Source of the DNA: a virus
Lineage: Duplodnaviria; Heunggongvirae; Uroviricota; Caudoviricetes
Direction: 5' to 3' (one strand)
IMG/VR virus record: IMGVR_UViG_3300049444_000130
Length of the DNA: 64,000 nt
In this document: positions 44,998-53,026 of the stretch, piece by piece
Position numbering within the stretch: the stretch's first letter is position 1
Layout: each line of letters opens with the position of its first letter
Program-made: the position numbers and the translations under genes
Notes under the pieces: model-generated
The model's input: only the letters and a program-made list of their open reading frames with translations
Told to the model about the DNA's origin: nothing
Database searches by the model: none

Positions 44998-45372
44998 TTA
45001 GGGCCGGGCGCCCTCGCGCTGCATGGCCTGCTGCACCGCCTCCCACAGGTGTTGGTGCGCTGCCTCTTCCTCCTCGTGTTCCCGCTGGCGTTCGGCATAG
45101 CACTCGGCTTCCAGCGCGTCCTGGCGCGGATCGTCGGCGTCAACGTTGGTCCAGGTGTTCATCGTGCTCTCCTTCTGGGTGGTGGGGGAGGTGGCTCCCC
45201 CGGGGGTGTGACTGCGTGAGCGGTGGACGATCCTGCGCGTGATACGCACCGTCTGCCCGTCGCTCCGCAGGCGCTGGGCGATCTCTTGGGCGAGCGGGAG
45301 CCCCTGCGTGCGGCAGTGGGTGATCCACCGCACCCCACGCTGGACTTGGATGCGGTACAATCCTGCGGTCAT
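44998..45372 (-). CDS. small hypothetical protein(s); a hairpin/RBS module lies inside the ORF at 45161..45210 with an internal ATG at 45162
   Basis: AAGGAG RBS at 45372. May be two genes. Confidence 0.3.
   Translation of the reverse strand: MTAGLYRIQVQRGVRWITHCRTQGLPLAQEIAQRLRSDGQTVRITRRIVHRSRSHTPGGATSPTTQKESTMNTWTNVDADDPRQDALEAECYAERQREHEEEEAAHQHLWEAVQQAMQREGARP
45161..45210 (-). repeat. hairpin + RBS module copy 1 (GGGGGAGGTGGCTCCCCCGGGGG)
   Basis: About 50 bp, nearly identical to the modules at 46279 and 46561. Confidence 0.7.
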
Positions 45373-45581
45373 TCTCGTTTCTCCTTGTGGGTGAGGGGGA
45401 GGCGGCTGAAGTGGGGGCGTTTTCCGCCCCCCGTCCTGCATCAGGGTATCTCCTCAGTAAGATGGTGTTTCGGCCCTCCATAGGCCCTCGTCAGGGGGGC
45501 GGTCTCAGCCCCCGACACCCTCGCTTCTTGGCCTCCCGACGCGCCCTAGGGTGATGGGGGAGTTGCCTCCCCCGTGTGATG

Positions 45582-45854
45582 TTACGCGCGCAGCATCTCC
45601 CGCGCGCATGCAATGGCCGCGTAGCCATGACGGGCGTCGTCGGCGGCGCGTTGCGTCTCAGCAATATCGCACCGGCCATATAAGAGCAAGTCACTATCTT
45701 TGTAGCTCACCAGGACGGCTTGCCGCTGACCCTCGGGTCGGAACAGGTAGCCCGAGCCACACACCAGCTCGGCGGTGCCGCTGACTTCCTGGCCCTGTAC
45801 CAGGTAACTGGCATAATGCTTGATGGGGGTCACGTTTTGTGCTATCGTGCTCAT
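45582..45854 (-). CDS. small hypothetical protein (cassette array)
   Basis: GGAGAG RBS. Confidence 0.35.
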   Translation of the reverse strand: MSTIAQNVTPIKHYASYLVQGQEVSGTAELVCGSGYLFRPEGQRQAVLVSYKDSDLLLYGRCDIAETQRAADDARHGYAAIACAREMLRA

Positions 45855-46023
45855 GGGTACTCTCCATGCTCCCCGTAGGGAGGGTGTCTGCTGATGTGTG
45901 ATCTGGCCCCACCGCTCTATTGGGGGGAGGTGGGGCCTCTCTCTTCTTCGACTCCGTCTTCCGTCTAGCGTTGGTCCTCAATTCCTTCGTGTTCCTGCAC
46001 CAGACTGGCGCGCAGGGGGATGG

Positions 46024-46281
46024 CTACTCAGCCTCAGCGACCTCTTCCAGCCTACCAATTTGATCCACGAGCTGATACCAGGGCGTGCCCGCGATACACA
46101 GGATGAGGCTATGATCCTCATGCCAGGTCTCAGGCGCCGTTGGGAGAAAGGTTCCTGACCAATCGACAAAATCGGCGCCGTCGGCTTCAATGTTCATGGC
46201 AACGTCCTGCGGATCGAGATGCGTGGTGAAATGCCCGAACAGCGTCCCAGATGCATTAAACAACGGTATGCGTGTTGCCAT
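46024..46281 (-). CDS. small hypothetical protein (cassette array)
   Basis: Conserved module ..GAGGAGAGACGACGATG. Confidence 0.4.
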   Translation of the reverse strand: MATRIPLFNASGTLFGHFTTHLDPQDVAMNIEADGADFVDWSGTFLPTAPETWHEDHSLILCIAGTPWYQLVDQIGRLEEVAEAE

Positions 46282-46333
46282 CGTCGTCTCTCCTCGTAGG
46301 TGTGGGGGAGGCGGCTCCCCCGGGGGTGGTTAG
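46279..46333 (-). repeat. hairpin + RBS module copy 2
   Basis: catcgtcgtctctcctcgtaggtgtgggggaggcggctcccccgggggtg. Confidence 0.75.
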
Positions 46334-46563
46334 GCTATTTCCTGCATCGTCCCCGCTGTGAACCGCGCTTGCATCATCGTGAAGTCCCAGGTCGTCTGGG
46401 GGGCCATCGTCCCAAAACACCGTTGGAGCTCTGTGCGCACGCCGACCAACACTTTTCCGTCCACGCGGCGGATGCGTTCAACCACATAGGTAGTATCCAT
46501 CGGGCCGTCGCCGCGCTTGTAGGGGGTCGCAATCTTCATGCCAACTCTTAGCTTGCTTACCAT
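46330..46563 (-). CDS. small hypothetical protein (cassette array)
   Basis: Conserved module ..GAGGAGAGACGACGATG. Confidence 0.4.
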   Translation of the reverse strand: MVSKLRVGMKIATPYKRGDGPMDTTYVVERIRRVDGKVLVGVRTELQRCFGTMAPQTTWDFTMMQARFTAGTMQEIA

Positions 46564-46612
46564 CGTCGTCTCTCCTCGTAGGTGTGGAGGAGGTGGCTCC
46601 CCCGGGGGTGTG
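46561..46612 (-). repeat. hairpin + RBS module copy 3
   Basis: catcgtcgtctctcctcgtaggtgtggaggaggtggctcccccgggggtg. Confidence 0.75.
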
Positions 46613-46867
46613 CTAGCCGATCCTGCTACCAGTCGCGTGGAGGGCGTTGCTGAACTCGCCCGTGCTAAAGCCTGCCGTGTACACGCGCACCGTCTCCAGC
46701 TTGGCGCGTTTGGCGCGGCGGGTGGGCTTGGCGACTACGGTTTCCCAGTAGCTGCCTGGGCGGGTATCGAGGGCCGGCAACACCGCCTGGGCTTCGGCCA
46801 GGGTCAAGGTCCAGACTTCTTGCTGCAAGGCCAGGTTGCCAGGGTAGGAGGTCGTGTAGGTCGCCAT
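46613..46867 (-). CDS. small hypothetical protein (cassette array)
   Basis: GGGGAGAG RBS. Confidence 0.35.
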   Translation of the reverse strand: MATYTTSYPGNLALQQEVWTLTLAEAQAVLPALDTRPGSYWETVVAKPTRRAKRAKLETVRVYTAGFSTGEFSNALHATGSRIG

Positions 46868-47039
46868 CGCTCTCCCCTTTCGCAGGGTGAAGGTTTCGCC
46901 CTCGGCATGCGCCTGGGCTCGTCAGTGCGGGCACACACCCGCAGACCTTCTCGTCTCTTGGCTCTTCCGCGTCAGGCCCCTACTGCTCGATCACCCGAGC
47001 TAGGTCGTCCTACCCTTCGCGGTGGCACCCGGTCTACCC

Positions 47040-47219
47040 GGTCGCTTTGTATAGTGAGAGTATAGCATCAGAGTTTCTCATATGCAACACTTATTTCCAT
47101 CATGATAGAAAATAAAATGCCGAAATATTTTCTAGATAGTGGGTGAGAATTGTAGTAGACATTTTCTATGGGAAGGGGTACCATTGACTCATTAGTCAAC
47201 ACTTCTCTCTGAGGATGGG
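47040..47219. promoter_or_regulatory. AT-rich promoter/operator island with the perfect palindrome TTGACTCATTAGTCAA about 30 bp upstream of the XRE gene
   Basis: A local GC drop in a 65% GC background. The inverted repeat lies at ~47183..47198. Confidence 0.5.
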
Positions 47220-47498
47220 ATGAGCGAAAAGGAGACGATGGGGGATCGTATCAAGAAGTGGCGCTTGAAGAAAGGCTGGAGTCAGCGCGAACTTGCCCGG
47301 GCAACCCGACTCGATGTCTCGTGGATCAGTCGCCTTGAAAGTGATGAGCGGGCCAATATTTCGTTAGACGGTGCCCGGCGGATTTGTGAGGCCCTGGGGA
47401 TCTCGTTGGATTATTTGGCAGGGCGCTATGACACCGAGGGCAACCCTGTGGCCGCTACGGCGGACAGTGTGGAAGCTGCGACCGCCGTAGCAGGATAG
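47220..47498 (+). CDS. XRE-family HTH transcriptional regulator
   Basis: IKKWRLKKGWSQRELARATRLDVSWISRLESDERANISL. Confidence 0.6.
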   Translation: MSEKETMGDRIKKWRLKKGWSQRELARATRLDVSWISRLESDERANISLDGARRICEALGISLDYLAGRYDTEGNPVAATADSVEAATAVAG

Positions 47499-47686
47499 AG
47501 GCTGTGCTCAACCAAGCCTCCTGGCTATTGTAGCATGACGAGCAAGGGGAGGAAATGGCTTCTCACGGTGCAGGAGTTCTGCCCCCCGGGGTAGGTGCGC
47601 GAGAGAGACGACCCACCCCGGCAGGCGAGCGCGTGCACCACACACGCACCGGAGCCCGAGTGTAGCACACGGGAGGAGGAAAGACG

Positions 47687-47968
47687 ATGCCGCGACCCCC
47701 TGATGGCCTGACCAAAGCCCAGCGTGACGAAGCCCGCTTACGGCAGCAGCTCGCGGCCGTGCAGGCGGAGCGGGCCGCTAAACTCACCCAAACCGCACGG
47801 CTTGAAGCCCAACTGCGGCGTCTCGCCCGCGAGCAACGCGGCACCCTTCAGGCCGAGGTGGGGAAACTGGCGGACGCCGCCGGGCTATTGGCCTTCGATC
47901 TGCCGACCCTAGAGAAGGCGTTTGCGCGGCTGGCGGAGGCGTTGGGGAGCGGCGAGGGAACGGCATGA
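47687..47968 (+). CDS. coiled-coil hypothetical protein
   Basis: 93 aa, Ala/Leu/Gln-rich. Confidence 0.35.
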   Translation: MPRPPDGLTKAQRDEARLRQQLAAVQAERAAKLTQTARLEAQLRRLAREQRGTLQAEVGKLADAAGLLAFDLPTLEKAFARLAEALGSGEGTA

Positions 47969-48363
47969 AAAGCATCCTGTGTGGGGGGCGCGATGCTCCA
48001 CCATTCACCCCAGCCGAGACGGCGTGGCTCGATGCCTTTGCGGTCGAGCATGCGCTGTCGCTCGTGGTCGAAGGCGGGGCGCCTGGCGTGGAGACCTACG
48101 GGAGAGTGTGGGCACAGCGCCGGGGTATTGAGGTCGTCACGTTTTGGGCGAATGGGGTGGCCTGGGGCTGCGAGGCAGAGCGCAAACGGAACCGCCGCAT
48201 GCTCGATTATCTGATGCTCGAAGGACTGTCTGTGGGGGAGGCGGTGAGCGTCATCGCCTTCCCGGGAGGGAGCGGGACGGCGCAGATGTGTCTGCTCGCG
48301 GAGCGCGCCCATGTGCAGGTCTTGAGGCGGCTGGCGCCAGTGAGGACGGGCGAGGCGAAGTGA
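47965..48363 (+). CDS. DUF2493/SLOG-family protein
   Basis: ILCGGRDAP...VVEGGAPGVETYGRVWAQRRGIEVVTFWANG...ERKRNRRML...VIAFPGGSGT matches the DUF2493 pattern (GSR..HGGA.GAD...A...G..V..F.A.W...G..AG..RN..M). Confidence 0.45.
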   Translation: MKSILCGGRDAPPFTPAETAWLDAFAVEHALSLVVEGGAPGVETYGRVWAQRRGIEVVTFWANGVAWGCEAERKRNRRMLDYLMLEGLSVGEAVSVIAFPGGSGTAQMCLLAERAHVQVLRRLAPVRTGEAK

Positions 48364-48485
48364 GGGGCGTTGTGGCAGCCTCTGGCAGTGCTGCTGTGGC
48401 CGGATCGCAGAGCTTCTCCAGCCTTCGCAGTACGAATGACGGGGAGGGGAAAGATGGCGACGCGGCTCTCTGGAGGGACAACGAC

Positions 48486-48749
48486 ATGAGCGCCTACCAA
48501 CTACGCACCCCGGCCTTTACCTGTCTCGTCGTCACCGACCTGGACACGGCGACGGGCCAGGAGATGGTCCTGCGGGAGAGTGCCCCCATTGTGCGGTGGG
48601 CGCATGGCAAACCGCTCACCCCGTTGCGGCGCTGGTGTGAGACGAAATGGCCAGGAAAGGTCGAGTGGGTCGCCCTGGAGAATGCCCAGGGCGAGGGGAG
48701 AGGGGAACTATTTGAGCCCGTTAGGTATTTCTCTCACGAGAAACACTGA
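48486..48749 (+). CDS. hypothetical protein
   Basis: GGAGGG RBS. 87 aa. Confidence 0.3.
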   Translation: MSAYQLRTPAFTCLVVTDLDTATGQEMVLRESAPIVRWAHGKPLTPLRRWCETKWPGKVEWVALENAQGEGRGELFEPVRYFSHEKH

Positions 48750-48765
48750 GCAATAAGGCGGGGAA

Positions 48766-49059
48766 ATGGCCCTCTACCATGTCAATGCCAGTGTGATTAC
48801 CAAAGGGAAAAGCCCGGGGGGAGGGAGTCGCTCCGCTGGCGCGTGGTGCAGGGGTGGGTACTGCCGGTGCAGGCGCCCCAGGTGGTGGTCACGCCGAAAA
48901 GGGGGAAGTGATGCCAGAGACGCCTTGGTATGTAGAAATGACGTGGTGGGAGTGGGGTCCTATCGGGGCCATGACCCTGGGGCCATTGGTAGGCTTCTGG
49001 CTCGTGGACTGGCTCAAGAAACGTCGGGAACGTTCGGCGAGGGGGAAGTGATGGAGTAG
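48766..49059 (+). pseudogene. remnant of MobA/MobL-family relaxase N-terminus
   Basis: MALYHVNASVITKGKS matches the MAIYHxxxKxxSRSxG relaxase start. Similarity is lost after a CCCGGGGGGAGGGAG tract (48811..48825). The ORF stops at 97 aa. Confidence 0.35.
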
Positions 49060-49214
49060 AACGGGAAGCAATTTCCCTCGGATGAGTGGCTTGCCTCGCC
49101 AGAACTGAAGAAGCTCAAGCGGGCGATTTCTGCGAGCGGGCGCGACAAGCTTCCCCTCGCTCGAAATAGGTATGACGGGGAGGGGAGGTGGCTACGCTGG
49201 TAAAGGAAGACGGG

Positions 49215-49745
49215 ATGAAAGACAACACGAGAAACCCCATGCTTTCAAGGAGAATCGCTATGACACGTGTATGGGTCATGGCCCTATTGGGAAGTGCTCT
49301 TGTCGGGGCGAGTATCGGACCAGGCGCGGTGCTGCACGCCTCGACCGTCCAGGGGACGGCGGTGCAAATCACGGGCTTGGACGATCTCAATGCGACGGTG
49401 GACCAACAGGCCCGCAAAGGCAGTGGCAAGATTCTGGCCACGGCGCTCGGCGTGGGCGGGCTGATCACGATCGGCGCCGGCCATCACTACCTGGGCGCCG
49501 CTGGCGTTGGGGCGGGCTTAGGCACGGCATTCATTCCCGGCATGATGTCGAGTGCCTTTGATGCGGCCCCTGCGGCCACCAGTCTCGCCGTCGAGCATGT
49601 CGCCTCCGGGGCCTGGTGGGCGCCGCTGACGGCCCTCCTGTACCCCCTGTTCCTGGCCCTGCGCCTGTTGCAAGACCCCGTGGTACTCGCGGCGGGCGTG
49701 CTGGCCCTGGTCCTGGTACGGACCCGAGGTGCCTATGTGGGCTGA
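49215..49745 (+). CDS. traA: conjugative pilin precursor (TraA/VirB2-like)
   Basis: Long leader, then two hydrophobic segments (ATALGVGGLITIGAG...; WWAPLTALLYPLFLALRLL). First gene of the tra operon. Confidence 0.45.
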   Translation: MKDNTRNPMLSRRIAMTRVWVMALLGSALVGASIGPGAVLHASTVQGTAVQITGLDDLNATVDQQARKGSGKILATALGVGGLITIGAGHHYLGAAGVGAGLGTAFIPGMMSSAFDAAPAATSLAVEHVASGAWWAPLTALLYPLFLALRLLQDPVVLAAGVLALVLVRTRGAYVG

Positions 49746-50010
49746 GTGCCCGCGCGTGTTGGATGTCCCGGTGAAAATCCTTGGCTTTGAAATAGAGGAT
49801 TTTGCCGCCGTGGCCGTGTCCCCCCTCTTCCTGAGCTTCGCCTGTGACGCCATGCTGAGCTTTGCCCTGGCTGGGGCGCTCGGTGCGGCGGTGTATCTGT
49901 CGAAGCGGGGACGTCCACAAGGCGCGTTGCTCCATACGCTCCACGCCCTCGAACTGCTGAAGCTCCCAGGGGTCCTGGGACCACGAGAGAAAAGGTATTC
50001 AGCGTGGTAG
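49729..50010 (+). CDS. traL: TraL (VirB3-like) T4SS protein
   Basis: KILGFEIEDFAAVAVSPLFL...YLSKRGRPQGALLHTLHALELLKLPGVLGP parallels F TraL ...MKRRKPGLHHLLHLLYRLGLG.... Confidence 0.55.
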   Translation: MPMWAECPRVLDVPVKILGFEIEDFAAVAVSPLFLSFACDAMLSFALAGALGAAVYLSKRGRPQGALLHTLHALELLKLPGVLGPREKRYSAW

Positions 50011-50603
50011 CACCTCCACAGACCCCGCATGACTTCTATGGCCATCTCCAGGCTCGCAATAGCCGCCTGGAAGCCACGTGCCTTGTCTTGAGCCTGGCCG
50101 TCTTGGCGCTCGGGGGGCTGATCGCCTGGTACGTTGTCCGCGGCGTGCCGGTGCACTTCGTTCCCCCCGGGGGGCCGGGCCTATCGCAGCCGGGAGTCAT
50201 CCCCGACGACAGTGCCACGGCCTTCACCAGTCGCTGGCTGGCCGCGCGCTATACGTTCACGCCCGCGACGGTCAAGACGATGCACAACGCCATGCTCTCA
50301 ACACTCCATCCTGTCCTGAGTCTCCCGTTCAAAGCCCAGGCGGAGCGGGAGGCGGTGCTGGTGAAAGAGGCGCAGCTCAGTAGCCAACTCGTGGTGGTCA
50401 GCACCAGCGTCAGCCGGCCTGGTGGCGTCGTGCTGGTGGACCTGGACGCACGGCGGACCATCTGGATCGGTGGGCAGCAGACGCGGGACGAGCCCGTGCA
50501 TGCGACCATCGCCGTCGCCCCCTGGGTGGTGCATGGGGATCCGAAAGGATTGGTGGTCTCTCGGGTGGTCATTACCCCGACGTTGAGCGTCTCGGGACCC
50601 TAG
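50004..50603 (+). CDS. traE: TraE (VirB5/8-like) T4SS protein
   Basis: N-terminal TM followed by a periplasmic domain. F-type gene order. Confidence 0.45.
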   Translation: MVAPPQTPHDFYGHLQARNSRLEATCLVLSLAVLALGGLIAWYVVRGVPVHFVPPGGPGLSQPGVIPDDSATAFTSRWLAARYTFTPATVKTMHNAMLSTLHPVLSLPFKAQAEREAVLVKEAQLSSQLVVVSTSVSRPGGVVLVDLDARRTIWIGGQQTRDEPVHATIAVAPWVVHGDPKGLVVSRVVITPTLSVSGP

Positions 50604-50627
50604 CCCGAGCGTATTGCTCTCGCCACT

Positions 50628-51365
50628 GTGCGAGGTATGGAGTGGTCGATGCGTGGTCCTGTGGTCGCTCTCCTTCTCCTGCTGGTCCTTGCTCCTCGCG
50701 CCTATGCGGCCCGTACGGCGTCCACGGACCAACCCGTGGCGGTGCGCCTCGAAGTCGCGCAACCCACTGCGATCGCCCTCCCTGAGCCGGTGGCCAGTGT
50801 GAGTGTGGGCATAGAGCCGACGCGTTTCAGTCTCGACTACGACGGCCCGTATCTCTTCCTGCTCCCCCTTGATCCCACGGTCAGCGGTCGCCTGTTTATC
50901 GTCGGGCAGTCCGGCAAGCTGTACACCGTGCTCTTTAAGGTGGCGTCCCCTGCCGATGATGTGGTCGCGCTGGTCACGTCCGTGCCAGGCCCAGCCAAAG
51001 CGCCACCCTTCTCGACCGCCTCCTTCCTGCGGGCCTTACGCACGGGCACGGTGATCCCTGGGCAAGGGACCGAGGACCTCCCCGCACCCACCATGCCCGA
51101 CAGTCGTCTCACACTCCTGAGCACGGCGACCGTGCGTCTGGGGGCACAGCTTGGCCAGGTCCTCACCGTGAAGAATACCGATCTGCAGCCCCTCCTGGTG
51201 GATGTCCGGGTCGGGCACCAGGACGTCCATCACGAGGCCGGCACGATCGCGCTGAACACCTGGGCCTTCCCCCCGCGCCTGACGATTAAAGCGGTGGCGA
51301 CGGAGCCGGAAACCCTGGCCCCGGGCACCGAAGGCCGGGTGTATCTGATCTACGAGAGGCGGTGA
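50628..51365 (+). CDS. traK: TraK (VirB9-like) T4SS protein
   Basis: Signal peptide. Position in the F-like order. Confidence 0.45.
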   Translation: MRGMEWSMRGPVVALLLLLVLAPRAYAARTASTDQPVAVRLEVAQPTAIALPEPVASVSVGIEPTRFSLDYDGPYLFLLPLDPTVSGRLFIVGQSGKLYTVLFKVASPADDVVALVTSVPGPAKAPPFSTASFLRALRTGTVIPGQGTEDLPAPTMPDSRLTLLSTATVRLGAQLGQVLTVKNTDLQPLLVDVRVGHQDVHHEAGTIALNTWAFPPRLTIKAVATEPETLAPGTEGRVYLIYERR

Positions 51366-52582
51366 CCATGCCCACGTTTCTGACGCAGCTCCTGGCCTCG
51401 ATCCGCCGCCGTCCGCTCATCGCCCTGCTAGGCAGTGGCCTGGTCGGCTGGCTGGTGTGGGCGCAGATGACCCCCACGCTGCCGGTGTCCCGGGCCGCCG
51501 TGGCCAAGACGCCAGCGATCCCCGGCCTGGGGATCGAGCGCGCGACGATGGAGAAGACGTTACTCGACGTGCAGAAAGATAATGCGCAGCTTCAGGAACG
51601 GCTCAAAGAGCAGGAGCGCACGGTGCACACCATGCAGCAAGCGCAGGCGGGGGATGCGCGGGAACGACAGGCCGCGGCGCAAGCGCAGGAACAAAAGCTC
51701 GAAGAGATTCTGAAGCGGGCGCAACAACTTCCCAAGCCCACGCCCCAGCCGGTGCGGGTGGTCACGAAAACCCCGCTCCCGGCTGCGAAGAGTGCGCCGG
51801 TGGCGGCAGACCCGCCGGTGCCCCACGACGCGGGGGTGAAGGTCCGCATTCTGCGCAGCGACAAAGCCGCCTCGTTCGCTGGCCCTCCGCCTGCCGCGAA
51901 CCGAGGGGACGTGGCGTATCTGCCGGCGGGCAGTTTTGCCCACGCCCGGGTGATAACCGGCGCCATTGCCACCAGTCGGGCCGGGGGCGCCCTTCCAGTG
52001 CTGTTCAGTGCCGTGGGACCCTTCCAGCCGCCGTGGCAGCTCCAAGGGCCAGGCGTCTTCCCCGTCCGCACCGAGATGCCGGCGCAAGGATGTTTCGTGT
52101 TGGGCAAGGCGCAGGCGGACCTCGGGGCCAACCGCGTGCTCGTGCAGGTGGACCTGCTGTCGTGTGTCATGCCGGACGCGGCGACGTTTGAAGTGCCGAT
52201 CCGGGGGTATGTGGTGGACGTCGATGGTTCTCTGGGCATGGTCGGGCGCCTCGAAACCCACGACAGTGCCGTGCTCGCCAAAACCTTTCTCACGAGCCTC
52301 CTGGCGGGCGCGGCAGAGAGTTTCAAGCTGGCCAAGCAGAGCAGTATCACCACGCCCCTCGGGGGGACGATCACGACACAACAGGGCCAATACGGCGAGG
52401 CCGCAGGCTTTGCGGCCCTGGCCAACGCCAGCGCACAACTGAGTCAATTCTACCTGAGCCAGGCCAGCCAACTGCTGCCCACGCTGGCGCTCGATGCTGG
52501 CCAAGCGGCGCGCGTGGTGCTCCAAGAAGGGGTGTCCTTTGACGGCTTTCCCCTGACCACCACTCTTGTGAAAGGACGCTAA
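51362..52582 (+). CDS. traB: TraB (VirB10-like) T4SS protein
   Basis: N-terminal TM, a Pro-rich coiled-coil linker and a C-terminal beta domain. Overlaps its neighbours by 4 nt. Confidence 0.5.
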   Translation: MTMPTFLTQLLASIRRRPLIALLGSGLVGWLVWAQMTPTLPVSRAAVAKTPAIPGLGIERATMEKTLLDVQKDNAQLQERLKEQERTVHTMQQAQAGDARERQAAAQAQEQKLEEILKRAQQLPKPTPQPVRVVTKTPLPAAKSAPVAADPPVPHDAGVKVRILRSDKAASFAGPPPAANRGDVAYLPAGSFAHARVITGAIATSRAGGALPVLFSAVGPFQPPWQLQGPGVFPVRTEMPAQGCFVLGKAQADLGANRVLVQVDLLSCVMPDAATFEVPIRGYVVDVDGSLGMVGRLETHDSAVLAKTFLTSLLAGAAESFKLAKQSSITTPLGGTITTQQGQYGEAAGFAALANASAQLSQFYLSQASQLLPTLALDAGQAARVVLQEGVSFDGFPLTTTLVKGR

Positions 52583-52584
52583 CG

Positions 52585-53025
52585 ATGCGCTACCGTTTTT
52601 TCCTCCTGCCTGTGGCCCTGGGCATACTCACCGCCTGTGCCCCGATGGGCCTCGGGCCGGAAGTCGATCTCACGACGCTCGCCACGCCTGATCCCCTGCC
52701 GCCGCCGCCTCGGGCGCTCCCGCCCTCCCTGCCAGGTCCCACCCCGGGCGCGGACCAGTGGCGCGCCTGGGTGCCACCCGAGGTCACGGCTCACGGCGAT
52801 ACGATCGACGGCCATTTCCTCCTGATCAGTCGCACGCCTCCCCCGCTCGAAACCCTCGAACCCAGTGCGCCGATCCCTCGCGCGCCCAAAGTGCACCTCA
52901 GTGCGAAGCCCAAGCCGCCTCCGCCGCTCGCCGTCCCGGCACCACCGCTCAGCCCAGCCCGCCCGCTGTCGGGCGGTCGCGCCTCCCCCGGCCCGCTGAC
53001 GCTCCCCACGCTGGGAGGGCCGTAA
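52585..53025 (+). CDS. traV: TraV-like lipoprotein
   Basis: MRYRFFLLPVALGILTAC lipobox. Pro-rich. Confidence 0.5.
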   Translation: MRYRFFLLPVALGILTACAPMGLGPEVDLTTLATPDPLPPPPRALPPSLPGPTPGADQWRAWVPPEVTAHGDTIDGHFLLISRTPPPLETLEPSAPIPRAPKVHLSAKPKPPPPLAVPAPPLSPARPLSGGRASPGPLTLPTLGGP

Positions 53026-53026
53026 C

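Noticed and set aside
32091-46612. Possibility of a CRISPR array (direct repeats seen at 32091 and at the 45161/46279/46561 modules)
   Set aside because: The 15-bp repeat is in-frame coding sequence (KSDQP). The ~50-bp hairpin modules are separated by whole genes of unequal length and include the RBS and start codons. Neither has CRISPR repeat-spacer geometry.
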